Assembly: GCA_951406725.2 (NCBI GenBank)
Contig: OX597821.1
Location: 806,001-870,000 of the forward strand
Length of the DNA: 64,000 bases
Direction: 5' to 3'
From: Octopus vulgaris
Taxonomy: Eukaryota
The translations under genes and the position numbers were made by a program. The notes beneath the pieces are model-generated. The model had not been told where the DNA came from, did not search any database, and was given only the letters and a program-made list of their open reading frames with translations. Each line of letters opens with the position of its first letter. The first letter of the stretch is position 1. This document shows positions 53,854 to 64,000 of this stretch, piece by piece.

Positions 53854-55852
53854 AAGGGTTATATATATATATATACATACATACACACACACACATACAT
53901 GCATATGTGGCCATATACAAGCTCCCTCTTTTGTTTGAACAATAGTGGTGATAGTAGAGGTTCTGGTAAGAGTAGTAACCATGCAGTAAAGTGCAACTAA
54001 GCTGCACAGTCAGTATACGAACAGCTGCTGCTGTTTCTACACTTGTCTGTCTGTGTGTCAGTAGCTTCCAGTGCCTGGTGTCATAGTAACCACATTAAAA
54101 TTAGTTGATTGTTTTGTTTGTTCACTGGGGGACAAGGGGACAAAATAACAAACAACAAAAAACCCTGGAAACCTTGTCATTTTTTGTTTAACCATAGGTC
54201 ATCTCTGATCCAAATGATCAAAGGCGTTCTAGCCATGACCATCTCATTTTTATTCAGAATTAGTACATCTTGAACTAAAATATCCTAAGAATTCATTCCA
54301 GTTATGACCACCCTGTTCAATACATATATTTCATTGGTACAATTACGATTTTAGGTGTAGGTGTGTGGTCTAAAGATTAAGGTGTTGGACTTTCAAGTAT
54401 AACTTTCTGGTTTTGATTCCCAGAATGGGTAATGTTTTTGAGCAAAATACTTAATTATACATTGTTCCAGTCCCCCATGGCTACCAGTTACGTGACACTG
54501 GAATCAACCACAACTACAATTTCACTTGGTTTTACAGGTCTTCTCAAGCACAGCAAAGTCTTTGATTAGATCATGGCAAAGTCTTGGATCAAAGTCTTTG
54601 ATCAGATCCTTACTATGACACCATGAACACTTTGAAATTATATTTCTAATCGTGTAAACCAGTTTCAATATTATTTTAGCAAGTTTTAAATAATTTCTAT
54701 TGTAAAGTAAATCATTTACCATTTCTGTGGTGCTACCCCTTGCCTTGAAGCCCTAAACATGTGCTTATTTTACTTAATGGTTAACCCAGCACTGGATATG
54801 CTGTGAGACCTAGCCAGCCCATGCAAGTATAAAGGAACATATAATGACAATGGTAAATACGTGTCCCTCTTAGCTACTCTTGCGTTGACCCCTTAACATG
54901 CACATTATTCTGTCAAATGAATCATCATCATCATTTAACGTCCGCTTTCCATGCTGGCATGGGTTGGACGGTTTGGCTGAGGACTGGTGAGCCAGAAGGC
55001 TGCACCAGGCTCAGTCTGATCTGGTAAAGTTTCTACGGCTGGATTCCCTTCCTAACGCCAACCACTCTGAGAGTGTAGTGGGTGCTTTTACGTGACACCG
55101 GCACCGAGGGCCAGTCAGGTGGTTCTGGCAACAACCACACTCAAAAGATGTTTTTTTATGTGCCACCTCCATGGGGAGCCAGTCCAGTGACACTGGCAAT
55201 GACCCCGCTCGAATGTTGATTTTCACATGCCACCGGCGCATGTGCTGGTAGGGGTAACTATAGCAACGACCATGCTTGAATGGTGAGCATGGGAGCCAAT
55301 CCGTAGCCCTGGCAACGATCACTCTCAGATGTGCTCTTAACGTTCCACTGGCACGAGTGCCAATCAGGTGGCACTGTCATCAGCCACATCAGCAATTTTG
55401 ATTTGTTTTCACTTGCCTCCGCAAGCAAAGTTCATTGTCCAATGAATGAGGGGTACTCATGAGTGGGCCGTTATTTATTCGCATTGTTTTGAAGTAATAG
55501 CACATTATCCTGTGGCTTTGAGATCTCAATGACATGATTGCTTATTTTTAGAATGACATTGTAAGGGGTGTGTGAGAGGCTGGATCTGGCCCATTTTAAC
55601 ATAAGAAAATATTTTACCCTTTAGCATTCACATTATTCGGTCAAATTCAATGTTTCTTTATTCACATTGTTTTGAATTATTCATGCAATAGGCGTAGGAG
55701 TGGCTGTGTGGTAAGTAGCTTGCTTACCAACCACATGGTTCTGGGTTCAGTCCAACTGCGTGACACCTTGAGCAAGTGTCTTCTACTATAGCCTTGGGCC
55801 AACCAAAGCCTTGTGAGTAGATTTGGTAGATAGAAACTGAAAGAAGCCTGTC

Positions 55853-55923
<71 letters not shown>

Positions 55924-56997
55924 TATAAATTTGTATGTGTGTCTGTGTTTGTCCCCACAACATCACTTGACAATCAATGCTGGTGTGTTTACGTCCCTGT
56001 AACTTAGCGGTTCGGCAAAAGAGACCAATAGAATAAGTACTAGGCTTACAAAGAATAAGTGCTGGGGTCGATGTGCTCAACTAAAGGCGGTGCTTCAGCA
56101 TGGCTGCAGTCAAATGACTGAAATAAGTAATAGAGTAGCATGGAAAGTGGACATTAAACGATGATGATGATGACGATGATGACTAGGTTGATGAAGACTG
56201 TGTAGTCTTTGTACTCACTTTGGGAGTGGATAAGAAACCCTTAACCATTAAACTGGTTGTTACATGAAATAACCAATGTGTCCATATGTGACCATCACTG
56301 TCCAGCAACATAATTGTTGCAGTAGCTGGGTCTGAACGATTGTACTATCAGTGTGTGAGGGTAGAGAGAGATGGTGAGGGTGAAGTAGTGAGAAATAGGG
56401 AGGGAGTACAAGAGAGAGTGGAAAAAGGGAAAGCTTCAAAAAGAGGGGGAGTAGATAGAGAGAGAAAAAGAGAGAGGGGTAAGGGTGCTTTAGAGAATAA
56501 TTCAGGGAAACAGAAGAGAGGATGGGAGAGAGAGAGAGAGAGGGAGAGAGAGAGAAAGAAAGAAAAGAGGAGTGAAAGTACTTCAGAGAATGCTTCAAGA
56601 GGGAGACATGGAAAGAAAGAGATAAGAGTACTTCAGAGAGAGAGAGAGAGAGAGAGAGAGGTAAACAGAGAGGGAGGGGAAATGGGGGACATTGGGAGAT
56701 AAAGGAGTGTGGGAGGGGATATTAAGAAACATCTGATAGAAGTGGATGTTGCATGTTTAGTGATGTTGTTTTAATGATCTCGTTAGCGGTTGATGGCAGC
56801 TGGAATAGATGTTAATGATGGAATGGCGGGTGGAGCGGGGGGAGGGGGGAAGAAGGGTAGCAAGAAGACATTGAGTTGGGAAAGAGGGGTGGGGAGGGAG
56901 AGAGGGTGGGGTGAGATGTTATGATGTTAGTTAAAAGATGTCTTGACAGAAGCAACATAGCTACATACATACATTCACACGTGTATGCGTGTATTTG

Positions 56998-57038
<41 letters not shown>

Positions 57039-57507
57039 GTCTGTCTAAGTAATTTATTTATATTTTGTTTTTTTTTGTTTCAGTCACTGAAGTGTGGCCA
57101 TGCTGGGGCTCGGTCTTGAAGGGTTTACTTGAACAACTCATCTCCAGTACTTAGTTATTTCTGTTTTTGAAACCTGGTACATATTCTGTCAGTCGCTTTT
57201 GCCATATTGCTAGGTTATGTGGACATAAACAAACCAACACTGGTCAAATGGTGTGCATGTATGGAGGGAACAAACACATACCCAGATATGTATATATGTG
57301 CATGCACACATGCTCATGCACACACACACACACACACACATATACAACAGGCTTCCACACAATTTCCATGTACCAAATTCACTCACAAACAAGGCATTAG
57401 TTGGTCTGGGTATGTAGTAGAAGACACCCACTGAAGGTGTCATGCAGTGGGAGTGAACCCAGAACCACATGGTTGGAAGGCAAGTTTCTTTACCACACAA
57501 CAATGTA

Positions 57508-57557
<50 letters not shown>

Positions 57558-57829
57558 AGTCACATATCACATATACATACATTACACACACACACACGTT
57601 TGTATCTTCATAAATGAGTCTAGAAAGTACTCAATACAGGTTGTAAAGTCTGCAAATATACTTAATGCACATGGGAGAGGAGTGACATGTTATACATGCT
57701 TCAAGAAGCTGAGTAAATAACCTGTGGATCCTTGAGTTGTGAATAACATATGCAAAATACAAAAACACGCAATTCTAAGACATAAATATATAATAAATAG
57801 AAAACGCACGCACAAACACGTTCCCTAGT

Positions 57830-58250
57830 CTGGGGCTGGATTTAAACCCATAGAGGCCCTAAGCACTTAAAAGATTTTGGTGTCCGCATATATATGTAAT
57901 TCAAAATATAAACAATAATAAACCATGAAATAAATTCTTATTTCTCAAACAGAAATGAAACAAAAGATAAAGAGAGGGAAAATAATGTTTAATTTTGTCT
58001 AATTCCACTTTATTTAGATTTGAAAAGTTTTCTCCTACTTTTTTCAGTTACAAATCCTTACTATGATTCCATGAACTCTTTGAAATTCTATTTCCAATAA
58101 TACAAACCACTTTGAATATCATTTTAGCAAGTTTAAAGAGATTTCTTTTTTTTTTTTGTGCTGTAAACCATTTACCATTTCTGTGGTGGCCCCTTCTTCC
58201 TTTGGTGCCCTAAGCATGTGCTTATTTTGCTTTATGGTTAATTCAGTGCA
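57830..58250. mobile_element. hAT-like MITE
   Basis: Left GGGGCTGGATTTAAACCCATAGAGGCCCTAAGCAC, right GCCCTAAGCATGTGCTTATT...GGTTAATTCAG. A homologous 3' part at ~54600-54794 ends GGTTAACCCAGCACTG. Confidence 0.6.
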
Positions 58251-58663
58251 ACACCATTCCATCATACACGCACACCATTCCCTTGCACACACACACACAC
58301 ACGCACACACAAATATCCAGCTTGTTTAAATTACTCTGGAAACTCTCCTAAACCTTTAAGCATTTAAACCAGCCATATGAAGCCCAATTATTCAACCTGT
58401 TTTATGTTTAAACTGGCCAGATCCTGCATCTCATACCTACCCAACAATGTCATTCTAAAAATAAGTAGTCAATGAAATCTCATTGCAATGAGATAATCCA
58501 TGAATAATTCAAAATAATGTGAATAAATAAGCATTATATTTGACAGAGTAACATAATTGCCAAAAGGTTAAAATAATATAGGAGTAACAAATTCATCCAA
58601 TTTTTGTATCTGGTTTTGCAAGATTCTTGATGTGAACATTTTGTTGCAACTTGGAAGGCTTAA

Positions 58664-58884
58664 CCCTGTTGTTACCAACCTGGCCAAAACCGGCTCTGGC
58701 TCTGTAGTACAAATGTCTTGTTTTCATAAGTTTAAAATTAGAATATTCCCCCAAACCTTAGTCACAATTTATGTTCCTAACACTAGCTTAATGATAACTA
58801 AGTTATTTTACTAAATTCTTTGTTATATTTAAAATAATTGAAAGAAACACAGAACATCTCAAAATAAATACAGTAACAAAAGAG
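58664..58884. mobile_element. piggyBac-type MITE family P1, copy 2
   Basis: TTAA flanks at 58660-58663 and 58885-58888. Reverse complement of 8901-9121. Confidence 0.85.
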
Positions 58885-60133
58885 TTAAACTGACTGATGG
58901 CTTAACCAGCTGATTAAGCAAGTGATCAATTAGTTAATTAGTTGGTTAAATAATTAACCAACTGGCTTGGCAATTTCGATGACACAATTGCGTAGTTTTG
59001 GAATGACATTGAAGGGGAAGTATGAGAGGCTGGATTTGGTCAGTTTTAACAAAGCGCGTAGGATAGTTAACCCTTTATAGCATTCAGATTTCTCTGTCAA
59101 ATGCAAGAAATTGAACCAGTGCATGTTTATTATTAGAATAATGATCCCCCACCCCCATTATACAACAGAATTCCTTATTGCTTAATGTCATTGTCCACCA
59201 GGAGGTGCTGGTGCTGAAAATGAATTGAACATGAAAAAAAGCTAATGCACACACACACACATATGCATGCACACATGTGTTTGTGTCAAACCATAATGGA
59301 AATACATTTAAATATTTGTTGTGCAAGATTTTTTATGGAAATGCTAAGCATAAAATGCTAAGTGGGACTCAAACCTGATACCTCGTTATATCAGAAGTAA
59401 TTTATACATTTTACCATTCAGTTTTTATCCATCGTTTCTTTTCTTTTTAATTTATTCTAACATTAATCCATCTGTGAAATGCTTCGTTAAAGACATCGTT
59501 TAATTTTAAGGAAACTGTTTTTTTTTTCTTATGAAAGAAAAATGTTGGCTATTTGCTGGTTTCCTGTTTTACCAAGAATCAATTAGAAAGAAATATATTG
59601 ATCTATGATTGAGCCAGTGTCTAATTAATACTGAATAGTTGGATTGTGGTGGGGTTATAGTGGGGGTGTGATGGTGATGAAAGGGGCCTGGAAATAGGTC
59701 TTTATGATATGTAGGGTAGGGAATGGTGGTGGAATGAAGAGGGAGTGGGATGTGTTTGTGGGGTGAGGTGGATGTTGGAGTGCGGGAGTTGCGAGGGTGG
59801 GGTGGGGGAAATGTCTGGAAGCAACAGGAGAATGGTGACTAATGGATGAGGAAAATGTAACTGTAAGTGATGGAGTTTTGAGAGAAAGGGAGAGAGAGAT
59901 CTGAGTAGAGGAAAGTGAGAGATTTGATTGGAAGAGAGTGAGAGATCCGAGTGGAAGAGAGTGAGAGATCCGAGTGGATCTATCAGTTTCTGTCTTCCAA
60001 ATCCACTCACAAGGCTTTGGTTGGCCCAAGGCTATAGTAGATGACATTTGCTGAAGGTACCATGCAGTGGAACTGAACCCGGAACCATGTGGTTGATAAG
60101 CAAGCTACTTACCACACAGCCACTCCTGCGCCT

Positions 60134-60353
60134 ATATTTATTTTATTGATATATTTTAATTAATTTTTAGGCATGAAAATACTTATTTTACCACAGAAAT
60201 AATTAAAATCTAAAAAAATATAAATACCTATTGGCTGTAGAGACCTGCGATATACTGAGGAGTCCACGATATAAATTTACATATATTAGCCAGAAAAATC
60301 CACGATGTAATGAGGGTGTGATAGGCGAATTGAATATGGTGAGTGAAGACTGT
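60134..60353. mobile_element. Possible Tigger/pogo-like MITE end
   Basis: Degenerate (C)CGCGAT-like subterminal repeats ending ...GTGAGTGAAGACTGTG. Resemblance only. Confidence 0.35.
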
Positions 60354-60794
60354 GTATATATGTGTGTGTGTGTTTGTGTGTATATGTATACTCTTTTATT
60401 CTTTTACTTGTTTCAGTCATTTGATTGCGGCCATGTTGGAGCACCACCTTTAGTCAAGCAAATTGCCCCCAGGACTTATTCTTTGTAAGCCTAATACTTA
60501 TTCTATTGGTCTCTTTTTGCCAAACTGCTATGTTACGGGGTGTAAACACACCAGCATTGGTTGTCAAACGATGTTGGGGGGCACAAACACAGACAAACAC
60601 AAACACACATATATATACATATATACGACAGGCTTCTTTCAGTTTCCATCTATCAAATCCACTCACGAGGCTTTGGTCGGCCCAAGTAGAAGACACTAGC
60701 CCAAGTAGAAGACACTAGCCCAAGGTGTTATGCAGTGGGACTGAACCTGGGTCCATGTGGTTGTTAAGCAAGCTACTTACCACACAGCCACTCC

Positions 60795-60884
<90 letters not shown>

Positions 60885-61424
60885 TATATGTATGTATATG
60901 AATGTGTGTATGTATAAAATTAGATCTTGTTATATTGTTGCAGAAGTTGAGTTGGAAGAGTGAAGTGTGCAGAGGTGACCTCGGGCTTGAACTCAATGGA
61001 AATATTGTTGTTCCTGTGTTTGTTGCAATTCGGTCAGTTACACCCAACTCTCTCCCTTCCTCTCTCCATCAATCTATCTATCTATTTATCTGTCAGAAAG
61101 GGACAGTAAAACAGAGAGGAGGAGGTGGGGAGAGAGAGAGAGAGAGAGAAATCAAAGAGGAGACAGTGAGTGTAAGGGAAGTGGGTGAGGAAATAGCGCA
61201 AGGATATTCAGAGGGGGTAGCTGAAGGGGAGAGTAAAGTAAGGAAAGGGAATGGACTAATAATAGATGAATATAGATATTTCCGAGCAAATACAGAGGAC
61301 AATTATTTTTGGAGACAATGGTTCCGCATGTCCATATGTGTGTATTAATGCATGTATACACATACACACACATTCTATATATATATTTATTAATAGATAA
61401 ACACACAAATCACATTAAAAACAC

Positions 61425-63910
<2,486 letters not shown>

Positions 63911-64000
63911 GGGAAGAAATAGGAGGGATCAACAATTTTCGGCTGATTTCACTGGCAATAGTCTGAGAAAATGGACAGAATATATGGATCGGTCAGTTCA

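Noticed and set aside
63925-63950. AACAATTTTCGGCTGAT resembling the H1 hammerhead
   Set aside because: The similarity is too short, the other core box is missing and the window ends shortly after.

Overview
AT-rich, microsatellite-saturated eukaryotic DNA, intronic or intergenic. The SINE families look like those of coleoid cephalopods (Octopus); that is inference from recognised repeat sequence. No intact host protein-coding gene is recognisable, and almost all ORFs in the track are microsatellite or satellite artefacts. The real content is transposable elements: (1) a 5'-truncated Penelope-like element (RT thumb, Cys linker, GIY-YIG endonuclease) with a minimal hammerhead ribozyme (HHR) in its tail; (2) a composite Helitron region with a PIF1-type helicase pseudogene and an apparently captured ORF; (3) fragments of CR1, RTE, Dong/R4 and another RLE-type LINE; (4) piggyBac-, hAT- and Tigger-type MITEs; (5) dozens of tRNA-derived SINEs; (6) a 3.4-kb 37-bp satellite. 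The most interesting signal is three distinct families of hammerhead-bearing elements. One links a tRNA-like Pol III head, an (AAT)n spacer and an HHR tail, and one copy sits as an inverted structure between 13-bp target duplications (a candidate Penelope-mobilised SINE/retrozyme). There is also a near-perfect ~300-bp inverted duplication and several weak candidate exons. Coordinates and identities were read by eye and are approximate.
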